Part shown: positions 41,601 through 50,304 of the stretch, one piece after another | How the letters are laid out: every line of letters starts with the position of its first letter | Position numbering within the stretch: the first letter of the stretch is position 1 | NCBI GenBank assembly: GCA_965246715.1 | Contig: CBDFFH010000038.1 | Span: 132,081 to 196,080, forward strand | Reading direction: 5' to 3' | DNA from: Chamaesiphon sp. | GTDB taxonomy: Bacteria; Cyanobacteriota; Cyanobacteriia; Cyanobacteriales; Chamaesiphonaceae | Length of the DNA: 64,000 nt | Position numbers and translations under genes: made by a program | The notes under the pieces: model-generated | What the model saw: the letters and a program-made list of their open reading frames with translations, nothing else | Database searches by the model: none | What the model was told of the DNA's origin: nothing

Positions 41601-44600
41601 GATTCAATCGATCGGCAGTAACTTTACTTTGCCATTGTCCGTTGTCAAGTGCGAGATTAGCTACAATAATTTTACCGCCGAGAATATTTTGAATACTGCC
41701 ATTGCCACTAATTTGCAGTTTCTGTGGTTCTGGCGATTGCAGATTACCAGCAGCACGAAAGTTTCCAGACAATAATCCAACCTGAATCGGTGCGGCTAAA
41801 TCACGATTGACATCGCCTAATTTTAACCTACGAATCGCTAAATTGCTTTGCCATCTACCAGACTGAAGTTGAAAATTATTCGCTGTTATTTCACCACCAT
41901 TAAGTAACTTTACTCGACCATTACCACTAGTCTGGATGGCTGTTGCGGTTAAGCGATTCCGCACAGCGGAGGCTACGCCAACGAGATTTCCCGCTACTTT
42001 AAAATTGCCAGTTAGTTTGCTAGCTTGTAACTGTGGCGATAATTTATTATTAACTTTACCTAATCTAAAGTTAGCGATCTCCAGATTGCTAGACCAATTA
42101 CCGCGATCTAATTTTACGGCTGTAGCGCGAATTTTGCCATCAGCGAGGTTTAATTCTCCATCGCCTGCTACTGTCAATCGCGACGGACTAAATTTGGCGA
42201 TCTCGCCTGCAACTGCAAAATTACCACTGAGTCGATCGTCCCTAAATTCTTTAGGTGTTAGATCGCTAGCACTGCCTAATTTTAAACGATCGACTGCAAA
42301 ATTACCTTGCCACTTGCCCGAACTAATTTCCAGCTGTTTGGCGAAAATCGTACCACCATCCAGACTCAATTTACCGTTACCCCTAACGTTAATATATTCT
42401 GGTTGAAGCTGCTTTAAATTGCCAGCAACATCGACATTTCCCTCGACAAGCGCGTTTTTGTATTTGAGTGGGATTTGCGGCGCTAAGCCGCCCAGGATTA
42501 AGGATCTAGATTGGAGATTGCCTTGCCATTTACCCCGATCGATCTGAAAGTTATTACTGACGATTTTACCCTGCGGTAAATCGAGCGTACCAGATCCAGA
42601 TCCAGATATCGATTCTGGGGTGAATTTCTGGAGCTTCCCTGCAAGCTTAAATGCGCCACTAAGTTTGCCACCAACTTGCGGATTTAGCTTCGCAAGTTGC
42701 AGATTATCCGTCGTAAATATACCTTGCCAATTACCATTAGCAATTGCGATATTTTGTGACTGAATCGTTCCACCAGCTAGGTTAACTCGGCCTCGTCCTG
42801 TTGCTACCAAATTCTGTGTCGTAATCTGTTGCAACCCATTACCACTGAGACTAAAATTACCGCTTGTAATACCGCTGGGTAATTGTGAATCTAGCTGTTG
42901 GAGATCGAGGGCATTACTACGAAGATTTGCCTGCCATTTACCGCGATCGAGTGTAACCCGATCGGCAATAATTTGTCCCGCAGCTAATCGGACATTCAAT
43001 CCACCTTGTGCTTGAATACGATCCAGATCTAGCGCACTATTTAATCCTGTAGCTTGAATATTCCCCCCTAATTTTCCCGCATAATTAGCTGGTAAAGTCG
43101 CACCCGCAATCCTAGCCAACTTATTAGTATCTAAATCCTGCGGCTTAAAATTGAGCCGCCAATTATTAGTAGTTACCTCTCCCGAGACATTTACTTTCCC
43201 CCCAGCTGCCTGGATCGTTGCATCGCGGACGATCGTTTTTCCTTGAGGTGTAATCTGGAGATTTGCGATCGTTGGATAAGTTGATTGTGGTGTATTTACT
43301 TGCAGATTTGTCTGAATATTACCGCCAACGCCACCAATCTTTCCCACTACCGAAGCATTACCTAGCTTAACTTGCGGGGGTATTTTGGCACCATAGAGTT
43401 GCGCGAGCGTATCTACTGGTAAATCGGTTCCTCGGATCTCAAATCGCGTCTGTGGGGTTTTTAAAAGCTGAATTTCCCCTTGAGTTATTACTTTGCCACC
43501 TAATTTAGGTTGGGCGATCGCATCTAGTGTAATCCGACCATCGGCTAATTTAAAATTACCATTAACTCGCTCGACCCGCACGCGATCGACTTGACTAATT
43601 TGGCTATTTTGAAACTTACCAGTTAAAATCGGTCGATCCAATTTACCCCTTAATTGTAACTGGGCAACTGCGTCACCAGCCAGAGCAAAAGGCGATTGTA
43701 CATCGATACTTTTGAAAATGTTTGTTAGCGGACTCGGTGCGGTTTGGACGTTGATTTGATAGCCAGTACTATAATTCAAACTACCGCTGGCGATCGCATT
43801 CACCCGATCGTATTTAGCTGAGACATTATTGAGATTAACTTCTCGATCGGATATTTGAATCGCTCCATTAATATTATCCAAGCTACGCGGTACATAATTG
43901 ACGAGAAGCTTAGCATCATTAACAAATAAATTACTATTCAAGTGCAGATATTTCTGGGGCAAAATCGCTAAATTGAGATTGCCATCGACATTACCCCGAA
44001 CGATCTTTACTTCAGGAATTTTGACAATCCGAGTTGCTGCGGCTGCATCTAATTTTTGTCCGGTTAAGGCTACCTGCGTCTCGCCATTAGCAATTAAGCT
44101 ATTTCCTTGAAGTTGAAAAATTCCGTTGTTTTCAAACTGTGCCTTGCCATTAAAATTAACGCGCTTTTGACTGTTATCGACATGAGCATCGATGTTAGCT
44201 TTACTGACAGTAACAGGCTGAGAATTTCGATCGTATGGGAGGATCGCGATGCGCGCATCTTCGAGCTTAATATTACCGATTTCTGTTTTAATTCCACTCG
44301 GAGGTTTTGGTTTGAGGTTAGGCAAATTCACCCATTTACCTTGCCGATCTTGCTCGATATAAATACTCGGCGCGATCGCTCGTACATCAATTTTCAAGGT
44401 GTGGCCGATCGCTAATTTAACTGGATCGAAATTAATAATTACTTGCCGTACCTGAAGATGATTGCGATCGCTACCATGTGCGGGAATAACTGAATTGCCA
44501 ATCTTAATCTCATTCAGCCAAATATCTTCAATTTGACCCAACTTAACCGGACGTTTGAGACTTTTGGTTAATTCCTGAGATATAATCGGTGCGAGGTTGC

Positions 44601-44730
44601 GTTTTGCCCACCATTGCCCGTAGATTATCCCAATTATTACTACCACAAATAAACCCAAACCGATCGCGCTACCAGTTTTTAGAAACAATTTGAGCCAACG
44701 ACGGGAGGTAGATGATGAATTGTTTGTCAT
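38653..44730 (-). CDS. tamB: TamB/DUF490 translocation and assembly module protein
   Basis: N-terminal TM, long beta-taco repeats, and C-terminal LELTSTPALTQPEIVLLLGG...YSLRYRINDQILLRG...EFEQRF. Confidence 0.88.
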   Translation of the reverse strand: MTNNSSSTSRRWLKLFLKTGSAIGLGLFVVVIIGIIYGQWWAKRNLAPIISQELTKSLKRPVKLGQIEDIWLNEIKIGNSVIPAHGSDRNHLQVRQVIINFDPVKLAIGHTLKIDVRAIAPSIYIEQDRQGKWVNLPNLKPKPPSGIKTEIGNIKLEDARIAILPYDRNSQPVTVSKANIDAHVDNSQKRVNFNGKAQFENNGIFQLQGNSLIANGETQVALTGQKLDAAAATRIVKIPEVKIVRGNVDGNLNLAILPQKYLHLNSNLFVNDAKLLVNYVPRSLDNINGAIQISDREVNLNNVSAKYDRVNAIASGSLNYSTGYQINVQTAPSPLTNIFKSIDVQSPFALAGDAVAQLQLRGKLDRPILTGKFQNSQISQVDRVRVERVNGNFKLADGRITLDAIAQPKLGGKVITQGEIQLLKTPQTRFEIRGTDLPVDTLAQLYGAKIPPQVKLGNASVVGKIGGVGGNIQTNLQVNTPQSTYPTIANLQITPQGKTIVRDATIQAAGGKVNVSGEVTTNNWRLNFKPQDLDTNKLARIAGATLPANYAGKLGGNIQATGLNSALDLDRIQAQGGLNVRLAAGQIIADRVTLDRGKWQANLRSNALDLQQLDSQLPSGITSGNFSLSGNGLQQITTQNLVATGRGRVNLAGGTIQSQNIAIANGNWQGIFTTDNLQLAKLNPQVGGKLSGAFKLAGKLQKFTPESISGSGSGTLDLPQGKIVSNNFQIDRGKWQGNLQSRSLILGGLAPQIPLKYKNALVEGNVDVAGNLKQLQPEYINVRGNGKLSLDGGTIFAKQLEISSGKWQGNFAVDRLKLGSASDLTPKEFRDDRLSGNFAVAGEIAKFSPSRLTVAGDGELNLADGKIRATAVKLDRGNWSSNLEIANFRLGKVNNKLSPQLQASKLTGNFKVAGNLVGVASAVRNRLTATAIQTSGNGRVKLLNGGEITANNFQLQSGRWQSNLAIRRLKLGDVNRDLAAPIQVGLLSGNFRAAGNLQSPEPQKLQISGNGSIQNILGGKIIVANLALDNGQWQSKVTADRLNLAELAKFAPNKSLDPNLFAGRLSANWQIDGNLQNNSPTNLRVLGETKLTNLQAGSLKFDPNLIGSIQANPGQGVDLNFAGITDRLALSLDRNFQIQSFNINRNDILAKGSVSSTGNTSENRILDVDVERFPLALFQTLIPQSAGIRQYRFDGNATGSLALNLTNYQVTGKQIEITKPTFGAFQGDRLLANFRYANGQLNLDNTEIQRGDNSYLINASVNPSAKTPTFQAKLQVPKGNLEDVRNLLQIFSFEDLLTPFNRRKYGTVADLYTQTEKIANQPQPLYNELRRLSELRRWLNRERERQQTTTSIPELRNLQGDFSGELAISNNPKAGLSANFNIEGAKWQLERYHLDRFQATGNWRNGQLQLEPLTVAIKNTQMTLAGKFGADNQNASINIQNFPADWFRNVIDLPVDINGGVNLAAQISGNIGNPHISGNVALNNAELERIPLETATGSFNYLDGRLNFNSSASFTKKLRPEDRDDAIKIAGSIPYQLPFTLKSPTSDDIKVDISLQDRGLQMLDVFSKKQLHWIDGQGKVAVQIAGKMKSSGEVKTLSANGIATISNGKIQAEAIPEPLRAINSEIVFDFDRIDVRKLEGKFDRGQLAISGILPITDSFSIEPSKKLSVLMTDVALDLKEKYKGDVNGKLIILGTAFNPMLSGELKLSNGQVSIPESPNTTNTILGIKPTTPVEAPAPNSLEFRNLQLILGDNLQIVRAPILSFIATGKLDIDGTLDNPRPFGQVQLQKGSVNLFTTQFRLASGPQTADFFPTLGTDPVLNLRLYSKILESTSSPLSQRNSIARTATNGEIDRPADFYTTSLGSVQTVQVEARIAGLASQLTQRLELTSTPALTQPEIVLLLGGGLVERIGSGENIGLGIANLAGSNILNTIQDRISDVFSLSDFRLFPTITRDSKSSSNSTFGIAAEVGTEITPRVSASVFKILTNSESLYYSLRYRINDQILLRGSTNLSGENRAILEFEQRF
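41958..41981 (-). repeat. 24-nt HIP1-inserted mini-element, in frame in tamB
   Basis: CTCG[TTGGCGTAGCCTCCGCTGTGCGGA]ATCGC turns NLDRL into NLVGVASAVRNRL. Confidence 0.88.
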
Positions 44731-45186
44731 CAGATAATTTGAGTGCGATTAAAGCTTGAGTTTGAGCTGGATAGATTCAGTGCTAAGCTTGACTGGCACG
44801 AACGGATCGACCTACGAACTACATTTAGCTAACATCTATTCTGGAGATTGTAGCGTTCGGAAATACACTACAATAAATCGTCACTTAACTAGTATTATGC
44901 CCAAATTAAAGGTTTAACTATCGTAATTACTCAACTTTACCGCATTGTTAGACGACAATGACATTCGGTGGTAAAAGGACAGTCTTGTCGGGTCGCAGAT
45001 CGAGAAGAGAGGAATAGATCGTTAACTAGCTCAAAGGAAAGACACTGGAAAATTGTTAGATGTCAAGGGGAGAGGGTTCTTCCGAGATCTTGGTGAAAGT
45101 GGCCGATCGATCGGCGGGACAAGATCGGCTACTAAGCCAGAATAAAACGTTTAGTGAGTAACTCTAGTCCGGCGGCATTCGGCGAT

Positions 45187-45208
45187 TACCTCCGGTTGGC
45201 GTAGCCAA
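45187..45208 (-). repeat. 22-nt HIP1-inserted mini-element (variant)
   Basis: GTCG[TTGGCTACGCCAACCGGAGGTA]ATCGC. Confidence 0.75.
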
Positions 45209-45301
45209 CGACAGATGAGTCTTCGGATGATGTAGATCGGTCTATCGATAGATTGCATTATCGATCGGGGCACGGAAAAGCTCGCCCTCCGACTCAAATC
45301 G

Positions 45302-45325
45302 TTCCTGTAGCGTCTCTGAAGAAGA
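45302..45325 (+). repeat. 24-nt HIP1-inserted mini-element (variant)
   Basis: ATCG[TTCCTGTAGCGTCTCTGAAGAAGA]ATCG. Confidence 0.7.
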
Positions 45326-45487
45326 ATCGGAGCCAAAGTACCACCCAATCCGTAGATGAGGCGGAATGGTGTAGCCACGCTGGTAAGTGGGATGACCTTC
45401 AATACTTCTCGGTTAATCTAAAAACTAGTTAGTCCGCCTACGCGGACTAGGCTTCACTAGCGGCGACTTCAAACGATCGCGCTAGCG

Positions 45488-45658
45488 ATGAAAGCAAGAA
45501 GCCAAGGACTAGGAATCAGGGCGACGGGAAGAGTGTTAGGAGTGGCAGCAAATAGTGTAATTAATTGGGAAAAACATTTAGCAGCAGCCTTATCAAATTG
45601 GTCACCACCAACACCTAAACCGCAGATTGAGTGGCTTAAACTCGTTTCCCCATCTTAG
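45488..45658 (+). pseudogene. IS1-family transposase HTH fragment
   Basis: MKARSQGLGIRATGRVLGVAANSVINWEKHL..., 56 aa. Confidence 0.65.
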
Positions 45659-45705
45659 CGGGAGAGCCGGGGAGATTTGACCCACCCCGCCCAGGAGGGG
45701 AATTT

Positions 45706-46938
45706 TCAGATTACTAAAACTCGTACTTTTTTCCCGGCACTAATCGAATTTACCCCAACTGTGATGACACCTAAAGCATTTGTACCCGCGAGATTGATGA
45801 GATTGCCAGAACTATGAGTGCCACCAGACAAAGTGAAGTGATATTCGCCCTGAATTAACTCGACTTTGCCCCACAGATAACTTTCGCGATTGCCATCGGC
45901 GGTTAAATCTTGAGTGGTTATTGCATTCAGCCAAGTTGGTGTCCAAGTGGACTGTGGCAAACCTGCGAGTTTATTTATGGCTGGCTGGACGAATCGCCAG
46001 CAGCTCACGAGTGCGGAGACGGGATTGCCAGGAAGTCCGAAATAGATAACTGGGTGAGAGTCGCGCGTAAATTTGGCAACTGTTAGCGGTTTTCCTGGTT
46101 TGACAGCAACAGAACGGATCTGGATATCGCCGCCTAGTTCTGCCAAGATTTCTTCTACGTAGTCATAATCGCCGACAGACACGCCACCTGTAGAGAGGAC
46201 GAAATCAGCAGACGAGATCGCCTCACTCATCGCAGCGGTCAATTTTGCGCGATCGTCGGGGATGATGCCCATACAGATTGGGATGCTACCAGCTTGCTCG
46301 ATGAAGGATGCGATCGCATAACGATTGGAATCAACGATTTGCCCTGGTTGGAGGGGTCGATCGATCGGGACTAGTTCGTCGCCAGTAGACAGGATGGCAA
46401 TCCGTGGGCGACGGTAGACGGTAACTTCCCGGCATCCGGTAGCGGCTAAAATGGCAATTTCAGGCGCAGTTAAAACAGTTCCAGCGGTTAGTAATGGATC
46501 GCCAAGCCGTGCGTACTCACCCCGCTTGCGGATAAAGGCTTTGGCTGTCGGCGCGATCTGAATTTTGACAAAAGTTTTTTGAACGCGCTGGGTATTTTCT
46601 TGAATGACGATCGTATCTGCACCAGCAGGCACGATCGCACCTGTAAAGATGCGTGCAGCTTCGCCCGATTGGATCTCGCGTTGTGGCTGATAGCCAGCCG
46701 GGATTTCTTCAACGACTTCGAGGGTGACGGGATGTTTGGAGCTACTAGAGCGCACGTCCGCAAACTTCACCGCATAACCATCCATCGCCGAATTATCCCA
46801 ATGTGGAAAATCCAACCGACTCGCGATCGAGTCTGCCAAAATTCGCCCAGTCGCTGCCGAGATTTCGACTACTTCAGTTTCGGTTAGCGATCGCACCAGA
46901 TTTAAAATAATTTCTTCAGCCTGGGATGCAGCAATCAT
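45706..46938 (-). CDS. moeA: Molybdopterin molybdotransferase
   Basis: Motifs NSAMDGYAV, RIFTGA, LSTGDEL, TGGVSVGDYD, VKPGKP and GLPGNPVS. Confidence 0.96.
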   Translation of the reverse strand: MIAASQAEEIILNLVRSLTETEVVEISAATGRILADSIASRLDFPHWDNSAMDGYAVKFADVRSSSSKHPVTLEVVEEIPAGYQPQREIQSGEAARIFTGAIVPAGADTIVIQENTQRVQKTFVKIQIAPTAKAFIRKRGEYARLGDPLLTAGTVLTAPEIAILAATGCREVTVYRRPRIAILSTGDELVPIDRPLQPGQIVDSNRYAIASFIEQAGSIPICMGIIPDDRAKLTAAMSEAISSADFVLSTGGVSVGDYDYVEEILAELGGDIQIRSVAVKPGKPLTVAKFTRDSHPVIYFGLPGNPVSALVSCWRFVQPAINKLAGLPQSTWTPTWLNAITTQDLTADGNRESYLWGKVELIQGEYHFTLSGGTHSSGNLINLAGTNALGVITVGVNSISAGKKVRVLVI

Positions 46939-46993
46939 GATTTTGGATTTTGGATTGACTATTCACTAGACACTAGCCACTAGCCCCTAAACC

Positions 46994-47188
46994 CTAATTC
47001 CCCCCTCTCAACGTCTTATTAAAATTCTGCCGATACGATCCATTGACAACATAGCAAACAGGCCATAGCAATGCTAATACAATCTTAGTCGGGAGGGTGC
47101 GTTGATAATTCGTGCGGTTAAAATTGGTCGAGAACTTCCAAACGCCGTATCCATATGCCCCAACTAAACCAATGACGACGAAGTTCAT
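46994..47188 (-). CDS. Small membrane protein
   Basis: 64 aa with two hydrophobic segments and an LALLWP...YRQNFNK motif. Confidence 0.65.
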   Translation of the reverse strand: MNFVVIGLVGAYGYGVWKFSTNFNRTNYQRTLPTKIVLALLWPVCYVVNGSYRQNFNKTLRGGN

Positions 47189-47438
47189 AAATCCTGTAAA
47201 TCCAAGTGAAAGATGGTAATTTATACAACTTGGGGCGACACTATTCCGATAATGCAGCCGCTACCTCTAATTTTAGCTTGAGTTACAATGACTGCGGCAA
47301 GCACCCTGGATTAAGCTATGCGATCGCTAGGGCAGGACATATGTATTTGGGTGGGTATGGTATTGTATCTCGATCGACATCTAAATTAGCCTCATATCTT
47401 GCACCAATACATAGAGACTAGTAATCGCCGAGATCTGA

Positions 47439-48154
47439 GGGTACCCACAAGGGGCACCCCTACAGCTCGATCGATTTGATATCTGGATTTAATGAATCTG
47501 TCAGCCAAGTCAGAGAATTATCCCGAACATATTGTTGGATATTTTGCAATGCGGATTCATTTTTCACGATATGTTCGTAATAATTATGTTGCCATAACCT
47601 TCGATCGAAAGGTTTCCAATTTTGGGTTTTGACACCAGTAATATAAAGAGTAGTGACGATCGATTTAAATGCACCAATTATCTCGCCCAATGCTGGATTC
47701 TCGATCGAATCAGGAGAAATATAAATGATGCCATGAAAATAATTTGGCATCACGATAAATTCATCCACAACAACATATGAAAACCTGGCTGGTAAAGCTA
47801 ACCACTCTTCTGATACCATCTTTCCAGCATCATTTAATAGCAGTTGATGTTGCTCGATCGTACCAAATAAACATTCTCGATTTTGGACGCAAATAGTCAC
47901 AAAATAAACAGCCGAACGACTGTAATCGAAACCTTTTAGTCGAATCGAGCGGCGATGGTGTTTATCAGGATCGTAGGGCATATCTAGAATCTGTAGGGAT
48001 GCCCCTCGTGGGTACCCTCACCAATTAAAACATAGCATCGATCGATCGACCATCATTTGTGCAATCGATATCGATGCAGGGCGGGCACGAGGCACCGCCC
48101 CTACAGATTAATATACATCACCATATCCCGTAGGGGTGCCCCTTGTGGGTACCC
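47439..48154. repeat. GTAG-REP cluster flanking the RAYT gene
   Basis: REP-A GTAGGG(G/A)TGCCCCT(T/C)GTGGGTACCC at 47439-47463 (inverted), 47993-48017 and 48130-48154. REP-B GTAGGGGCGGTGCCTCGTGCCCGCCC at 48079-48104 (inverted). Confidence 0.88.
47460..47981 (-). CDS. REP-associated tyrosine transposase (RAYT/TnpA-REP), probably degenerate
   Basis: Motifs HRRSIRLKGFDY, YFVTIC, MPNYFHGII, GAFKS and WQHNYYEH. Confidence 0.9.
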   Translation of the reverse strand: MPYDPDKHHRRSIRLKGFDYSRSAVYFVTICVQNRECLFGTIEQHQLLLNDAGKMVSEEWLALPARFSYVVVDEFIVMPNYFHGIIYISPDSIENPALGEIIGAFKSIVTTLYITGVKTQNWKPFDRRLWQHNYYEHIVKNESALQNIQQYVRDNSLTWLTDSLNPDIKSIEL

Positions 48155-48816
48155 TCACCATCCCAAACATAGCACCGATCGATCCAACCCCACCGTTTAA
48201 CATTATTCGCTGGCTGGGTATAATACAAACACGCGATCGATACCAACAGATACACCCACCACAAACAATGGCAATTCAGATCTGGCAACCAGGGGATAAA
48301 ATCAAAAACGATCGCTTCGAGATCCTCAAACAGTTGGGGAAAGGCGGTTTTGGGATTACCTATCTGGCTGAAGACACCGTTAGAAAACAGCAGATTGTCA
48401 TCAAAACCCTCAACGCCAATCAGCAGAGTCAAACAGACTTTGCTCAGAAGCAAGAAAACTTCGTCAAAGAGGGATTTACGCTTAAAACATTCAACCATCC
48501 CCACATCGTCAAAGTCTACGAACCGATTCAAATCGGCGATCTGTGGGGCTTGGTGATGGAATATATCCCTGGGCAAGATTTGGCTGACTATATCATTACC
48601 AACGGGCGGCTGGGTGAAGCTGAGGCACTACTATATATCGATCAAATCGCCCAAGCTCTGGATTGCGTCCATCAGCAGAAGTTTTTTCACCGCGATGTCA
48701 AGCCCCATAATATTATGCTGCGACAGGATCGGGGCGAAGCGGTATTGATTGACTTTGGCATCGCCAAGGAATTTGTCGATCTAGAAACCATCTATTTATC
48801 CAATAGTCTGGGTACC

Positions 48817-50304
48817 CAGGGTGAACGCATCAAAACAGGATTTATTTCGATCGAGAGCCACTAAAATAGGCGATTAATGATATTCGATTGCTTAACTACA
48901 ATTACGACAATATCAATAAAATCGAAACCAAAGACGAGGTTAAATTAACTCAATTTAGTCCGGCAAAAGTGCGGCTAAAGATATTTAGCCAAATTCATAC
49001 TCTGGGGTTAGTTAAATTTAGGCTAAAATAGCCTCTAGAAGTTCGCGCGAATATTCTTCATCAAGGCTCGCAAGAAATCGCTTCTTCCTAACACTTAGTT
49101 TTCGACTCTTGTTCTGACTCATTATATTAACTGCTATATGTCTTAAAACAGCAAAATTAGCTGGAGCATTATCTTTTCTAATTCGACTAATGTCTTCTTT
49201 GAAAATAACATCAAGTACCCAATGGAGTGAATTTTCTATCGACCAATGACCTCTGATTGCTTCTGCTAGTTTTTCAACATTATCTTCTAAGCTACTGATG
49301 AAATAACGAGCTTCTACGCTGGTTTTTTCATTGACAACTCGAACTGATTCTACCATGCAAATACTAGTCAGATTTTGCCATTTTAGCAATGGATCTATTG
49401 ATGTTGCAATGTCTGATATCATTAGGTAATTACGAGTTTCCTCTCTACCTCTATTCATCTCTCTACTGCTGAAGCTATGCGTTTTCAGACTTTCACCACG
49501 AGTTTTAATCGCCTGTTTGAATAGCTGTTCTACCCTTTCATATAAACTTGGTTGATTCTTTTTGACAGCAATTACATAATCTGCTTCTTTTTTGACAATT
49601 TTCTTGACTATTTCTCGCTGACATCCCATTGCATCAATTGTCACTATACATCCAGCTAGATCTAAGGCATTAATCAACTCAGGCAATGCAGTAATTTCAT
49701 TTGATTTACTCTCGACTTTTGTTTGTCCTAATACTAATCTATTACTTGCTGCCCAAGCACTGACCGTATTAATTACTCCTTTACCATTTTTTTCGTCTCT
49801 TGAATTTCGAGATTGTTTTCCATCAAATGCGATTATCTCTCCTGCTGTTATTTTACTTATTCCTTTAATCCAATGCAGGAAAGATTTATTGAATTCTTCA
49901 GGATTAATTTGTGAAAATACCCGTGCAAATGTATCGTGAGATGGTATCCCATTCGGTAATTCTAGAAATTCCTCCAGCCATTTTTTTCTGGTGATGCCAT
50001 ACAGCTCTATGTCTTCCCATCCATCTGCTCCACATACTACTGCACAAATCGAGATCGTGATAATATCGATTAGTTTGTGTTTTTTCCCCCGTTCAATTCT
50101 AATGTCTTTTATGTCACCAAAGTGTTCTGCGATACTATGCCTTGGCTTTAGCTTCATTTGACGCGATCTGAATTTCCAATAAATATAACATAATTAACTG
50201 GCTATACTTGTTTACCATTAAAGCTTTCATACTTTTCGTAATTCAAATCTGCAACTGATTTGCGAGGATTTTAAATAGTAGGAAATTTAAGTGCGTTCAC
50301 CCTG
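48817..50304 (-). mobile_element. ISAs1-family insertion sequence, copy 2 (1488 bp, inverted relative to copy 1)
   Basis: Same IRs as copy 1. Direct repeat TCTGGGTACC at 48807-48816 and 50305-50314. Confidence 0.95.
49018..50157 (-). CDS. ISAs1-family transposase (protein identical to 3971-5110)
   Basis: Identical translation in the ORF track. Confidence 0.95.
   Translation of the reverse strand: MKLKPRHSIAEHFGDIKDIRIERGKKHKLIDIITISICAVVCGADGWEDIELYGITRKKWLEEFLELPNGIPSHDTFARVFSQINPEEFNKSFLHWIKGISKITAGEIIAFDGKQSRNSRDEKNGKGVINTVSAWAASNRLVLGQTKVESKSNEITALPELINALDLAGCIVTIDAMGCQREIVKKIVKKEADYVIAVKKNQPSLYERVEQLFKQAIKTRGESLKTHSFSSREMNRGREETRNYLMISDIATSIDPLLKWQNLTSICMVESVRVVNEKTSVEARYFISSLEDNVEKLAEAIRGHWSIENSLHWVLDVIFKEDISRIRKDNAPANFAVLRHIAVNIMSQNKSRKLSVRKKRFLASLDEEYSRELLEAILA

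Larger units (their letters stand above)
45070..45420. ncRNA. Candidate structured non-coding RNA (family not identified)
   Basis: Intergenic with several stems seen by eye: 45099-45108/45123-45132, 45287-45292/45327-45332, 45349-45353/45361-45365, and long-range 45082-45087/45407-45412. Confidence 0.35.

Noticed and set aside
45151..45402. 83-aa minus-strand ORF
   Set aside because: It spans two mini-elements and has no protein-like motifs.
47993..48154. REP cluster as a mini-CRISPR
   Set aside because: The units are in mixed orientation, carry GTAG ends and flank a RAYT gene.
48136..48267. Longer start for the second kinase
   Set aside because: It begins within a REP; MAIQIW at 48268 is the plausible start.
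5312..48816. Inversion already completed between the IS copies
   Set aside because: Each IS retains matching target duplications and both genes rebuild in frame.
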